DNA of 41,852 bases. Source: an uncultured Muribaculaceae bacterium (GTDB taxonomy: Bacteria > Bacteroidota > Bacteroidia > Bacteroidales > UBA932). The position numbers and the translations under genes are program-made. The stretch is taken from assembly GCA_964460265.1 (NCBI GenBank), contig CAYWPV010000001.1, positions 1 through 41,852 on the forward strand, given 5' to 3'. The notes under the pieces were generated by a model, which saw nothing but the letters and a program-made list of their open reading frames with translations, had not been told where the DNA came from and ran no database searches. Shown in pieces: positions 18,099-27,098 of the stretch; within the stretch, counting starts at the first letter, position 1, and the number at the start of each line of letters is the position of its first letter.

Positions 18099-18752
18099 AT
18101 GGCCGGATACCCGGAAGCATGGGGCGACTCCCTCATCAACTGCGGCCTGATGGCCGCCGCCGTCATCCTCGCAATACTAAGCCTGCCTGAATTCGTGGAG
18201 ACCTTCCCCTACATTCTCAAGGGGCTCACACGCGACAAGCCGCTCATCAGTCTGGAAGACAATCTCAGGCTGAGGCTCCAGAGGAACAACCTGTCCTTTA
18301 CGGCCATGGCGTTCTTCTGCCTTACGGCGTCAATGTTCGGAATGATTTCCTTCGGGTTCGCCTCGAATTATTCTTCAGGAGTGAAAACTCTCGTGAACAT
18401 CGGCATGTTCCTGCTCTATTACCTGCTCAGAATCATGCTGGCACATGCCTTCAGGAGAGAAGGAAGCGGAAAAGAGTTCTACAGGGCCGGCAACCGCATG
18501 TACAACAACGTGATGATAGTTCTGGTCACCTTCATGGCGGTGACAATAGGAATATGCGGCACGCTGGACGTCGACGCTGCCGCCATCAGAAGCATTCTCA
18601 TACACGAAACCCTTCTGGCCGCCATAGTGTTGGCCATCAGAAAAGTGGAAATATTCACAGGCTTTTGCAACCCTTTCAGAGCTTTTTTGTATCTTTGCGG
18701 ACTTGAAATTTTCCCGGCGGGGATGCTTGTAGCCGCCGCCATTCTTTTTTGA
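18099..18752 (+). CDS. DUF4271-like membrane protein
   Basis: Multiple TM segments, C-terminal FLYLCGLEIFP motif, conserved position upstream of hemD. Confidence 0.7.
   Translation: MAGYPEAWGDSLINCGLMAAAVILAILSLPEFVETFPYILKGLTRDKPLISLEDNLRLRLQRNNLSFTAMAFFCLTASMFGMISFGFASNYSSGVKTLVNIGMFLLYYLLRIMLAHAFRREGSGKEFYRAGNRMYNNVMIVLVTFMAVTIGICGTLDVDAAAIRSILIHETLLAAIVLAIRKVEIFTGFCNPFRAFLYLCGLEIFPAGMLVAAAILF
18690..18697 (+). promoter_or_regulatory. Internal -7 element (TATCTTTG) for the hemD-rnpA-yidD genes
   Basis: TAnnTTTG encoded by the Y-L-C codons of the DUF4271 gene, about 70 nt upstream of hemD. Confidence 0.5.
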
Positions 18753-18769
18753 GGTATTATGGAGGTATT

Positions 18770-19513
18770 ATGAAGGCAAAAAAGATCATCATATCGCAGG
18801 CTGCACCGATGGATCAATCTCCTTACGCGGCCCTCAGAGAAAAATACGGAGTCCAGATAGACTTCAGACCGTTTTTCCTTATCGAACCGCTGACCTCACG
18901 CGAATTCAGGTCGCAAAGAATCAACATTCTGGACTACACGGCCATAGTCTTTTCGGCAAGGCATACCATAGATGCCTTCTTCAGGCTTTGCGACGAGCTG
19001 AGGATCAAAGTGCCGGAGACCATGAAGTATTTCTGCAGCACCGAGGCCGTGGCATTGTATCTCCAGAAGCACATCGTATTCCGCAAGAGAAAGATCTTCT
19101 TCGGAACCGGGTCACCGGAGTCCATAACGGCACAAATAGGGACCAAGCATAAGGACGAGAAATTCCTCATCACCACGAATGCCGCCACGAGCAACGAAAG
19201 CATGACCAATGCTTTCACATCTGCCGGACTCGACTTCAAGATTGCGAACTTCGTCAAACCCATGTCTCAGAATCTCAAAGACATAGATATCCATTCCTAC
19301 GACGTGGCCGTAGTCTACAATCCTGCCGACATAAGCTCGCTTCAGGAGAATTTCGAAGGCTTCAAACCGGAAGGCCTGCAGTTCATCACCTTCGGAAGAG
19401 GGATTGTCAAAACCATGGAGGACCTCGGCTATCCCATCGCCATACAGGCTCCTACGCCCGAAATCCCTTCAGTGGCCAAAGCTCTGGCCCTGTTTCTTGA
19501 ATCCGACAAATAA
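18770..19513 (+). CDS. hemD: Uroporphyrinogen-III synthase-like protein (Bacteroidota HemD family)
   Basis: MKAKKIIISQ, IDFRPF, MKYFCSTEAVALYLQKHIVFRKRKIFFG, APTPEIPS; start reset to the ATG at 18770. Confidence 0.8.
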   Translation: MKAKKIIISQAAPMDQSPYAALREKYGVQIDFRPFFLIEPLTSREFRSQRINILDYTAIVFSARHTIDAFFRLCDELRIKVPETMKYFCSTEAVALYLQKHIVFRKRKIFFGTGSPESITAQIGTKHKDEKFLITTNAATSNESMTNAFTSAGLDFKIANFVKPMSQNLKDIDIHSYDVAVVYNPADISSLQENFEGFKPEGLQFITFGRGIVKTMEDLGYPIAIQAPTPEIPSVAKALALFLESDK

Positions 19514-19526
19514 TAGCCCGCTCCGG

Positions 19527-19889
19527 ATGGCAGACACTCTGACGAAGCGCGAACGGCTTCATACGAAGTCCGGGATAGATGCCCTGCTTTCGAAAGGAAA
19601 ATTCAGCACCGCCGGGGACATGAAGTATTGCGTCCGCTACGGGACAGGAGAGGACGTGAACAGGATAATGGTATCGGTGTCCAAAAAGCTCTTCCGCAGG
19701 GCGGTGAAAAGGAATCTGGTCAAGCGCAGAATCCGCGAGGCCTACAGGACGCAGAAACATGCTCTCCGCGGGACAGGCGCGGACATCCTGTTTGTCTACA
19801 ACACAAAGGAGATTCTTTCATCCGCCGGAATCAAAACCATAGTCGGAGAGATTCTGGACCGCATAAACGACAATTTCCCTTCGTTATGA
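19527..19889 (+). CDS. rnpA: Ribonuclease P protein component
   Basis: [35 protein letters not shown]; start reset to the ATG at 19527. Confidence 0.9.
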   Translation: MADTLTKRERLHTKSGIDALLSKGKFSTAGDMKYCVRYGTGEDVNRIMVSVSKKLFRRAVKRNLVKRRIREAYRTQKHALRGTGADILFVYNTKEILSSAGIKTIVGEILDRINDNFPSL

Positions 19890-20131
19890 GCGGACATGTC
19901 AAAGAATTGCTGAAAAAAGCCGGGGCCGCCCCTTTCATACTGCTGATCAAGCTTTACAAGGTCTGCATATCTCCTTACACGCCCGCATCGTGCAGGTTCA
20001 CACCGACCTGTTCGGAATATGCCCTGCAGGCTTTCCGGAAATGGGGTCCGGTCAAAGGGCTGTATCTGAGCATAAGGCGCATCCTTCGCTGCCATCCATG
20101 GGGAGGCAGCGGATATGATCCGGTACCGTAA
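19886..20131 (+). CDS. yidD: Membrane protein insertion efficiency factor
   Basis: [19 protein letters not shown]...[17 protein letters not shown]; ATGA overlap with rnpA. Confidence 0.93.
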   Translation: MSGHVKELLKKAGAAPFILLIKLYKVCISPYTPASCRFTPTCSEYALQAFRKWGPVKGLYLSIRRILRCHPWGGSGYDPVP

Positions 20132-20143
20132 TCTCACCTGTCA

Positions 20144-21412
20144 ATGAAAAACAACGACTCCATTTCCCTGGAAGATGCCGCCAGGATTACGGGCCCGCTT
20201 TCTTTCAACATCATGCTGAAGCCGGCAGGTTCTCTCTGCAATCTTGACTGCCAGTACTGCTATTACCTGGACAAATCGGAAATATACGGAGGGAAAGAAC
20301 CGCGCATGAGCGAGACCATGCTCGAGGAAGTAGTGCGCAAATACATAGAGGCCAACGACGTGGAAGAGGTCGTGTTCAACTGGCACGGGGGCGAGCCCCT
20401 TCTTCTTGGACTGGATTTCTACCGCAAGGCCATGGAATTCGAAGAAAGATACGGCAACGGCAAGAAAATCCACAACACCCTGCAGACGAACGGGACCCTC
20501 CTTGACAGGGAGTGGGCCGAATTCTTCCGGAAAAACAATTTCCTGGTGGGCATATCGATAGACGGGCCGAGGAATATTCATGACAAATACCGGAAAGGCA
20601 GAGGGGGACGGCCGACATTCGACAGCGTGATGCGCGGACTCAACCTGCTGAGGAGCAGTGACGTACAGTTCAACACGCTTTCTACCGTAAACCATGCGTG
20701 TGAAGGGCGCGGAACTGAGGTCTATCAATTCCTGAAAGACACGGGGAGCCGTTTCATGCAGTTCATGCCCGTAGTGGAACATGTGAAATATCCCGTGGAC
20801 AAAAACGGCAGGCCCGACAAGAAAGCAAGGCCGTTCATCGTCAACCCTTCAACGGAAGGAGCCGTACCGGCCATCTGGTCCGTGAATGCCAGGGCTTTCG
20901 GGAAGTTCATGTGCGACATCTTCGACGTGTGGATAAAGCGCGATGTGGGACGCTGTTACGTGGGACTGTTCGATGCCACCCTGGCAAACTGGTGCGGCGT
21001 ACCTCCGGGCACATGCGCATACGCCCCCACCTGCGGAGGAAACTCAGTACTGGAGCACAACGGCGACCTGTATCCATGCGACCACTTCGTGTATCCAGAG
21101 TATCTCCTCGGAAACATCAGGGACAAGAGTCTCAAGTCCATGATGACAGGCGACAGACAGATAAAATTCGGCATGGACAAAAGGAACTCCCTGCCCCGCA
21201 AATGTTTCCGCTGCGAGTTTCTTTCCATCTGCAACGGAGAATGTCCGAAGCACCGCTTCAACAAATCCGAAAACGGAGAAACCGGACTGAACGCACTGTG
21301 CGAAGGGTACAGGATGTTCTTTTCACACACGGCCCCGTACATGAAGAAAATGAGGGACCTGCTGCTGGAAAACAGGGCACCCGCGGAAATCATGTACATG
21401 AAAAAAATCTGA
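20144..21412 (+). CDS. Anaerobic sulfatase maturase (radical SAM + SPASM)
   Basis: KPAGSLCNLDCQYCYYL, WHGGEPLL, LQTNGTLL, YPCDHFV and a Cys-rich SPASM domain (CNGECPKHRF, LCEGY). Confidence 0.93.
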   Translation: MKNNDSISLEDAARITGPLSFNIMLKPAGSLCNLDCQYCYYLDKSEIYGGKEPRMSETMLEEVVRKYIEANDVEEVVFNWHGGEPLLLGLDFYRKAMEFEERYGNGKKIHNTLQTNGTLLDREWAEFFRKNNFLVGISIDGPRNIHDKYRKGRGGRPTFDSVMRGLNLLRSSDVQFNTLSTVNHACEGRGTEVYQFLKDTGSRFMQFMPVVEHVKYPVDKNGRPDKKARPFIVNPSTEGAVPAIWSVNARAFGKFMCDIFDVWIKRDVGRCYVGLFDATLANWCGVPPGTCAYAPTCGGNSVLEHNGDLYPCDHFVYPEYLLGNIRDKSLKSMMTGDRQIKFGMDKRNSLPRKCFRCEFLSICNGECPKHRFNKSENGETGLNALCEGYRMFFSHTAPYMKKMRDLLLENRAPAEIMYMKKI

Positions 21413-21476
21413 ATTTTCTTCCGCCATTTTTTACTTTCCTCTGTTTTTTTTGTCTAAATAATGTAATTTTGGAAAT

Positions 21477-21887
21477 ATGGGCGAAAGGAAAAATGAATCA
21501 TACAAAGTTCCTGAAGGGTATTTCGAAAGTTTGAGGACAAGGCTTCGCGCAATACCTTCCGGAACGGACGGATGCGGGGCCGAGACTGTCACCGCATGGG
21601 ACAAGACACGCCCGCTTCTGGCCCTCGCGGCTTCCATAGCCGTGATGTTCGTGTGCGGCACTGCCGTCCTGAAATTGGCCGACTCGAAAAAAGCCGCCGC
21701 AACGGAATATGACGATGCGGAATACGCATGGAAAATCACTCCTCATACGGAACCTTACGCTCTGTATGACGCGTCTCCTGCAGCAAACACCGCAGATGAC
21801 ATATCAGGCGACGACATAGTAGCTTACCTTATAGATACGGGAGTTTCACTAAACCAGATGAGTTATGAAGAACAAGAATATGAGTAG
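21477..21887 (+). CDS. Single-TM hypothetical protein, probable anti-ECF-sigma factor
   Basis: YKVPEGYFESL N-terminal motif, one TM helix (LALAASIAVMFV), acidic C-terminus (DDIVAYL); this type of protein normally follows a Bacteroidota ECF sigma gene. Confidence 0.65.
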   Translation: MGERKNESYKVPEGYFESLRTRLRAIPSGTDGCGAETVTAWDKTRPLLALAASIAVMFVCGTAVLKLADSKKAAATEYDDAEYAWKITPHTEPYALYDASPAANTADDISGDDIVAYLIDTGVSLNQMSYEEQEYE

Positions 21888-22368
21888 ACTGCTGTCCGCA
21901 CTTCCGCTCCTTTTCCTTATGGCACTTCCCTCCTTCGCATCCTCTCCGGACTGCGGTGAACCGGAAAAACAACGGCAGGAAAAACGTCAGGACCGCTCCT
22001 GGTACGAAAGGATGATGGCGGAAAAAATAGCATTCTTCACATCCGAAATGGATTTGACCCCGGCCGAAGCGGAAAAGTTCTGGCCTGTCTACAACCAGAT
22101 TGACAACGAACAGCACAAACTTTTCAACAACATAGGCAACGCCTACGATGCATTGGAGAAAGCCCTTGATTCAAAAGCCTCTGACAAGGAAATCGAAAAC
22201 AAGCTAAAAGCCTACACGGATGCCATGAAGGAAGCCGACAGCCACGAAACTTCGCAGCTGTCAAGATACGACGGCATCATCTCCAAAAGAAAAGTTGCCA
22301 AGATGGTCATAGCCGAAGAGAAGTTCAGAAGGCAGCAGATTTCACGTCTGCGCAAGCCCAAGGATTAG
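21865..22368 (+). CDS. Exported helical protein (Spy/CpxP-like, ECF-associated)
   Basis: Signal peptide, EKIAFFTSEMDLTPAEAEKFWPVYN motif, AEEKFRR; the start may instead be the ATG at 21880. Confidence 0.7.
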   Translation: MKNKNMSRLLSALPLLFLMALPSFASSPDCGEPEKQRQEKRQDRSWYERMMAEKIAFFTSEMDLTPAEAEKFWPVYNQIDNEQHKLFNNIGNAYDALEKALDSKASDKEIENKLKAYTDAMKEADSHETSQLSRYDGIISKRKVAKMVIAEEKFRRQQISRLRKPKD

Positions 22369-23120
22369 GCCCACAGATAAAAATCCCGTACCAGAGAGGC
22401 ATACCTTGCGGTGTACCCTCCCTCTCCATGTCCGGACCGGATCGCAAGCTCCGATGTCCGGCATTGTTCTGCACAGAGGGAAGGGTTTTCCTTTCTGCAG
22501 AACTGCATGACCGCCCTGTATGGAGCTTTGGCCTCATCGGCTCTTACATACAGGATTTCAAAAGGACTGAATCCGATGCCGGCCGCATATTCCACCAAGT
22601 TCCCGCAGGCCGATGCAGGCAGGATAAGGGCCGCACGTCCCCCGCGGGACAATCTTTCAGCGGCGAAATCCAGCAGAGTGCGGCAGGAGAGTCCGTCGCC
22701 GCATTTCCCGGCATGCCGGGCAAGTCTTTTACGGGAATCCGGATTGACCTGCGAATCCTCAAAGAAAGGGGGATTGGAAACTATCAGATCATATACGCCC
22801 GCCCGTCCGCGAAAATCCTCATTGAAAGAGAACAGGTTTTCAGTCCATGGAGAAGCGCTGAAATTCAGGGCAGCCTCCTCAGCCGATGCATTGTCCAAAT
22901 CGACACCTTCCACCCGGAAGCGGCTCACCCTTTCCGACAGCCTCTGGGCAAGCATCAACGCTATCACGCCTGTGCCTGTGCCGACGTCCAGAACCGAAAA
23001 ACCATCCCGGACCTGCAATCCTACGGCTGCGCCGAGAATGACTGCATCCGTGTTGACCTTCATCGACGCCTTCTCATTCCTGACTTCGAAGCGTTTGAAC
23101 CGGAACACCCCCTCACTCAT
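22365..23120 (-). CDS. tRNA1(Val) adenine(37)-N6 methyltransferase (YfiC/TrmN6)
   Basis: [45 protein letters not shown]. Confidence 0.9.
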   Translation of the reverse strand: MSEGVFRFKRFEVRNEKASMKVNTDAVILGAAVGLQVRDGFSVLDVGTGTGVIALMLAQRLSERVSRFRVEGVDLDNASAEEAALNFSASPWTENLFSFNEDFRGRAGVYDLIVSNPPFFEDSQVNPDSRKRLARHAGKCGDGLSCRTLLDFAAERLSRGGRAALILPASACGNLVEYAAGIGFSPFEILYVRADEAKAPYRAVMQFCRKENPSLCAEQCRTSELAIRSGHGEGGYTARYASLVRDFYLWA

Positions 23121-23793
23121 TCCCGGAGACGCTTTCTGACTCGAACAATCCGTCTTTCATATTGAGCCGGCGGTCGCACATGGAGGCCAGTTCCGGATCA
23201 TGGGTAACAATCACGAAAGTCTGCCCGAGAGTGTCCCTCAATGAAAAAAACAATCTGTGGATTTCATTTTTGGTGACGCTGTCCAGATTTCCGGTCGGCT
23301 CGTCCGCGAATACAATAGCCGGATTGTTTACGAGAGCACGTGCGATGGCCACTCTCTGCTGTTCTCCCCCGGACAGCTCCGAAGGCTTGTGATCCGTCCT
23401 CTCCGAAAGCCCCACGGTCTCCAGAAGACGCAAAGCCGCATTCCCGGCGTCCTTTCGCGAACGATGACCTATCATGGCCGGAATCATGACATTTTCCAAT
23501 GCGGTGAATTCAGGCAGAAGATGATGGAACTGAAACACGAATCCGATCTCCCTGTTGCGGAATGCGGCAAGATTCCTGCTCCCAAGGGAAAACACATCCG
23601 TGCCGCAGATCTCAAGTTTTCCTCCGTCCGGAGAAAGGAGCGTGCCGAGAATCTGTAGAAGAGTGGATTTGCCGGCGCCCGAAGCTCCCGTGACAGAAAC
23701 TATTTCCCCTTTATCGGCATGGAAGTCCACCCCCTTGAGCACCTCAAGGTTGCCGAAGCTTTTTCTTATTCCCTGCGCCTTAAGTATTTCCAT
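23113..23793 (-). CDS. lolD: Lipoprotein-releasing ABC transporter ATP-binding protein (LolD-like)
   Basis: [52 protein letters not shown]. Confidence 0.85.
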   Translation of the reverse strand: MEILKAQGIRKSFGNLEVLKGVDFHADKGEIVSVTGASGAGKSTLLQILGTLLSPDGGKLEICGTDVFSLGSRNLAAFRNREIGFVFQFHHLLPEFTALENVMIPAMIGHRSRKDAGNAALRLLETVGLSERTDHKPSELSGGEQQRVAIARALVNNPAIVFADEPTGNLDSVTKNEIHRLFFSLRDTLGQTFVIVTHDPELASMCDRRLNMKDGLFESESVSGNE

Positions 23794-23840
23794 TGGATGT
23801 CCTGTCGTGCCGGAATGTCCGCCCGGCCATCATTTTCCCG

Positions 23841-23848
23841 CAAATTTA
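23841..23848 (-). promoter_or_regulatory. Sigma-A -7 element (TAAATTTG) for lolD
   Basis: Matches TAnnTTTG about 48 nt upstream of the ATG. Confidence 0.6.
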
Positions 23849-24278
23849 GCAAATGTTTTGTTCCGACCTGCATTTCTGCGGGCCTTTCAAGTCAGCGCTT
23901 GAAAGATCATATTTCCATGTCGCCAAAGACGAGTTCTTCAATCTTTTGTTAACTTAGTTTCTTGAATATCGCGTCCGGTTCTTGATTATGTTTTTTCCTG
24001 TCGGAAAGATGGCGCGGAGCGTCGCTGCCGCTACTGCATAATTGAGAAGTTTTCCCGGAAGTGATATGAAATGCTATGAAAAGATTAGACAGATATCCGG
24101 CAAAACCATTCGTCAAACGGGTTTCAGCTGCAAGAATGATCAATTCAAAGGGAAGCGGACGCGGTGCCGTTTCTGAAATAATGATTTCAAATGTTGTCGA
24201 CTCCTGATGCTATGAGAGACGATGTTCAATCCGGAGAAGATTGGCTGCCGCCGGCTTTGCCATATCGGAAAAGCTGAG

Positions 24279-24286
24279 TATATTTG
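24279..24286 (+). promoter_or_regulatory. Sigma-A -7 element (TATATTTG) for tRNA-Pro
   Basis: Matches TAnnTTTG 23 nt upstream of the tRNA; a TTTG element lies further upstream at about 24256. Confidence 0.7.
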
Positions 24287-24309
24287 CAGTCCTAAGGTAA
24301 AGACAAGTA

Positions 24310-24383
24310 CGGGGTGTGGCGCAGTTGGCTAGCGCATCTGCTTTGGGAGCAGAGGGTCCTGTGTTCGAGTCACATTACCCCGA
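24310..24383 (+). tRNA. tRNA-Pro(UGG), CCA not encoded
   Basis: Cloverleaf: CGGGGTG/TACCCCG acceptor, GCGC D-stem, TCTGC-TTTGGGA-GCAGA anticodon arm, TTCGAGT T-loop. Confidence 0.95.
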
Positions 24384-24387
24384 CAAG

Positions 24388-24429
24388 GAAAAGAGCAGAG
24401 GAGGATTTCTCCACTGACTTTTTTCTTTT
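24388..24429 (+). terminator. Probable terminator after tRNA-Pro
   Basis: Imperfect stem CAGAGGAG..CTCCACTG followed by a T-rich tract. Confidence 0.5.
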
Positions 24430-24483
24430 GAAAAAAACTAATCGGGCTCCCGGAAAGATTGACGGAGCCACCCTTCCTCAATG

Positions 24484-25020
24484 TCAGTTCTGATTCAGGA
24501 ATGCGCGCACCTTCTCGCAGGCGATGTGATACGATGCCTTGAGCGAACCGACCGACGTGTCCATTATCCCCGATATTTCCTCATATTTGAGATCTTCGAA
24601 ATAGCGCAGCTGGAATACCATCCTCTGTTTGGGAGGGAGCTTCCCCACAGCCTTTGCGAGAAGACGCTCGGCCTGCGTGGCATCAAAGTACGGATCATCG
24701 TCTATCCTGTTCTCTTCCTCGGCGGAAAGGCTCTTGAAGGACAAAACGGCCCGCAGCCTTTGCCTGCGCAGGAAATTCAGAGACTCATTCGTGGCAACGC
24801 GCCAAAGCCATGTGAAAAGCCGCGCCTCCCCTCTGAAAGAAGGAAGCGCGGCCCAGATTTTCATGAATATTTCCTGAAGGATGTCGTCAGCGTCATCGTG
24901 GCTGCCCGCAAAACGGCGGACATGCCAGTACAGGCGTTCGCTGTAAGCGTCCACAATGGCGTTGAAGGCTTTTTCAAGTTTCCCTTCACCGATCAATGAT
25001 ATGATTTCCGTATCCGTCAC
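24484..25020 (-). CDS. ECF-type RNA polymerase sigma-70 factor
   Basis: DADDILQEIFMKIW, FTWLWRVATNESLN (region 2), LPPKQRMVFQLRY..YEEIS..SVGSLKASYH (region 4); GTG start. Confidence 0.92.
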   Translation of the reverse strand: MTDTEIISLIGEGKLEKAFNAIVDAYSERLYWHVRRFAGSHDDADDILQEIFMKIWAALPSFRGEARLFTWLWRVATNESLNFLRRQRLRAVLSFKSLSAEEENRIDDDPYFDATQAERLLAKAVGKLPPKQRMVFQLRYFEDLKYEEISGIMDTSVGSLKASYHIACEKVRAFLNQN

Positions 25021-25063
25021 CGGTGGAGGGAAAACATCAAAAACTGTTCCTCAGGCAAAAGGG

Positions 25064-27082
25064 CTAAAGCATGGACTTCACCTGGTTGTAGACATTCTCC
25101 GCGGTGAACCCGAGTTTTTCGTCAAGGACCTTGTACGGTGCGGAAAATCCGAAAGTCTCCATGCCGTAAATCTTGCCGTTGTCTCCTACGAGACCCTGCA
25201 ACGTGCACGGAAGGCCTGCGGTCATGCCGAAAATCCTGGCACCGCACGGAAGCACGGATTCCTGATACTCTTTGCTCTGGCAGCGGAACAGTCCCTCTGA
25301 AGGAGCGCTCACGATGCGAAGCTTGACACCGTCTTTACGGAGCAGTTCCGCCCCGGCGGCAAGCGTGGCGACTTCGGATCCCGAAGCGACGAGGATGACG
25401 TCCGGATTCTCATCCGCACCGGCGATTATGTACGCACCCTTGCCGGCCCGGGTATAATCCGTGCCTGCGGGAAGAGTGTTTATGTTCTGACGGGAGAAGA
25501 TGAGACCTGTCGGAGACTGGGTGTTCTCCATGGCAAGCTTCCAGCACTCCGTGGTTTCATAGGAATCCGCAGGACGCAGGACAAGCATGGAATTCTTGCC
25601 GTCGTGGCGTTTGAGCTTCTCCATGAGACGTATCTGAGCCTCCTGTTCCACGGGCTCGTGGGTAGGACCGTCCTCTCCTACACGAAAAGCGTCATGAGTC
25701 CAGATGAACTTGACCGGAACCTGCATCAGAGCGGCCATGCGCACGGCAGGCTTCATGTAGTCGGAGAACACGAAGAAGGTACCGCAAGCCGCGATAACTC
25801 CTCCGTGAAGCGCCATGCCTATGCAGCAGCAGGCCATGGTGAGTTCGGAGACTCCTGCCTGCAGGAAAGCTCCGCTGAAGTCTCCGTGTGAGAAAGCATG
25901 GGTCTTCTTTAGGAAGCCGTCCGTCTTGTCCGAGTTGGACAGGTCGGCGGATGCGCAGATCATGTTTTCGACCTGTTCGGCAAGAACGCCCAGTACAGCT
26001 GAAGAAGCGGAACGCGTGGAGTCATTCTCCTTCTGTGCGACCTTGGTCCAGTCGACTGCAGGAGCTTCTCCCTTGAGCCATACGGCAAGCTTGGCCGCCT
26101 TGTCCGGATTATCCGCAGCCCATTTCGTCTCCTCGGCATAGCGATCGGAGCAAATCTTTTCAAGTTCATGCGCCCGGGCGGAATAAAGAGCCTTCACTTC
26201 ATCGAATATCGTGAACGGATCGTCCGGATTTCCGCCAAGATGCTTAATGGTGTTCACATAAGCTCCGTCTCCGAGAGGGGCTCCATGAGTCTTGCAGTTA
26301 CGTTCATAAGAAGAGCCGTCGGCCTTGAGCGCACCCTTCCCCATCACGGTCTTGCCGATGATTATGGTAGGACGGGAAGTCTCGGCTTTCGCCTCACGGA
26401 TGGCTTCACGGATGGCCTCGGCGTCGTTGCCGTCTATCTCTATGGTCTTCCAGCCCCATGCCTGATACTTCAATGCGGTGTTCTCCGAAGTGACTGCATC
26501 GCATTCGGTCGACAGCTGAATGTCGTTCGAGTCGTAGAACATGATGAGGTTGTCAAGCCCGAGCTTTCCGGCCAGACGGCCTGCGCCCTGGGAGATTTCT
26601 TCCTGAATGCCTCCGTCGGAGATGAAAGCATAGATTGTCTCCCTGGCGAAAGTGGGATTGCCGGTCCTTGCCGCAAGGAACTTGGCGGCGATGGCCGCCC
26701 CGACCGCAAAGGTATGGCCCTGCCCGAGAGGGCCGGAGGTATTTTCTATTCCTCTTGCGACATCGAGTTCAGGATGTCCGTGCGTCGGCGAGCCCCACTG
26801 ACGCAGCTGCTTCAGTTCGTCCATGCTGTACTTGCCTATGAGGGCGAGCTGGGCATAAAGCATGGGGGCCATGTGGCCTGGATCAAGGAAAAACCGGTCC
26901 CTTCCGGCCCATGACGGATTCTTGGGGTCATACTGGAGGAACTCCGAGTATAGGACATTTATGAAATCAGCACCGCCCATTGCTCCGCCGGGATGACCTG
27001 ACTTAGCTTTTTCAACCATCGCAGCTGCCAGAATGCGGATATTGTCCGCTGCGCGGTTCATTACTTTGATGTCGTTTGCCAT
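25064..27082 (-). CDS. tkt: Transketolase
   Basis: SGHPGGAMG, RDRFFLDPGH, SGPLGQG, GEDGPTHEPVEQ. Confidence 0.97.
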   Translation of the reverse strand: MANDIKVMNRAADNIRILAAAMVEKAKSGHPGGAMGGADFINVLYSEFLQYDPKNPSWAGRDRFFLDPGHMAPMLYAQLALIGKYSMDELKQLRQWGSPTHGHPELDVARGIENTSGPLGQGHTFAVGAAIAAKFLAARTGNPTFARETIYAFISDGGIQEEISQGAGRLAGKLGLDNLIMFYDSNDIQLSTECDAVTSENTALKYQAWGWKTIEIDGNDAEAIREAIREAKAETSRPTIIIGKTVMGKGALKADGSSYERNCKTHGAPLGDGAYVNTIKHLGGNPDDPFTIFDEVKALYSARAHELEKICSDRYAEETKWAADNPDKAAKLAVWLKGEAPAVDWTKVAQKENDSTRSASSAVLGVLAEQVENMICASADLSNSDKTDGFLKKTHAFSHGDFSGAFLQAGVSELTMACCCIGMALHGGVIAACGTFFVFSDYMKPAVRMAALMQVPVKFIWTHDAFRVGEDGPTHEPVEQEAQIRLMEKLKRHDGKNSMLVLRPADSYETTECWKLAMENTQSPTGLIFSRQNINTLPAGTDYTRAGKGAYIIAGADENPDVILVASGSEVATLAAGAELLRKDGVKLRIVSAPSEGLFRCQSKEYQESVLPCGARIFGMTAGLPCTLQGLVGDNGKIYGMETFGFSAPYKVLDEKLGFTAENVYNQVKSML

Positions 27083-27098
27083 ATGAACATGAGTTATT

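Noticed and set aside
20144-21412. anSME with no adjacent sulfatase
   Set aside because: A single stand-alone anSME acting in trans is the normal situation in Bacteroidales.
22365-22368. 4-nt stop-codon overlap of convergent genes without a terminator
   Set aside because: Common in compact genomes; there is no further evidence for antisense regulation.
23113-23793. Orphan lolD without lolC/E
   Set aside because: Dispersed lol genes are usual in Bacteroidota.
21413-24480. Inverted repeats bounding the putative inversion (TCCTCTG near 21437 versus CAGAGGA near 24396)
   Set aside because: Only about 7 bp of identity in low-complexity sequence, which is compatible with chance; not evidence of an active invertible segment.
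24384-24483. tRNA-Pro or tRNA-Ile2 as an integration site for a genomic island
   Set aside because: No integrase, no duplicated tRNA 3' end noticed in the window, and the flanking genes are housekeeping.
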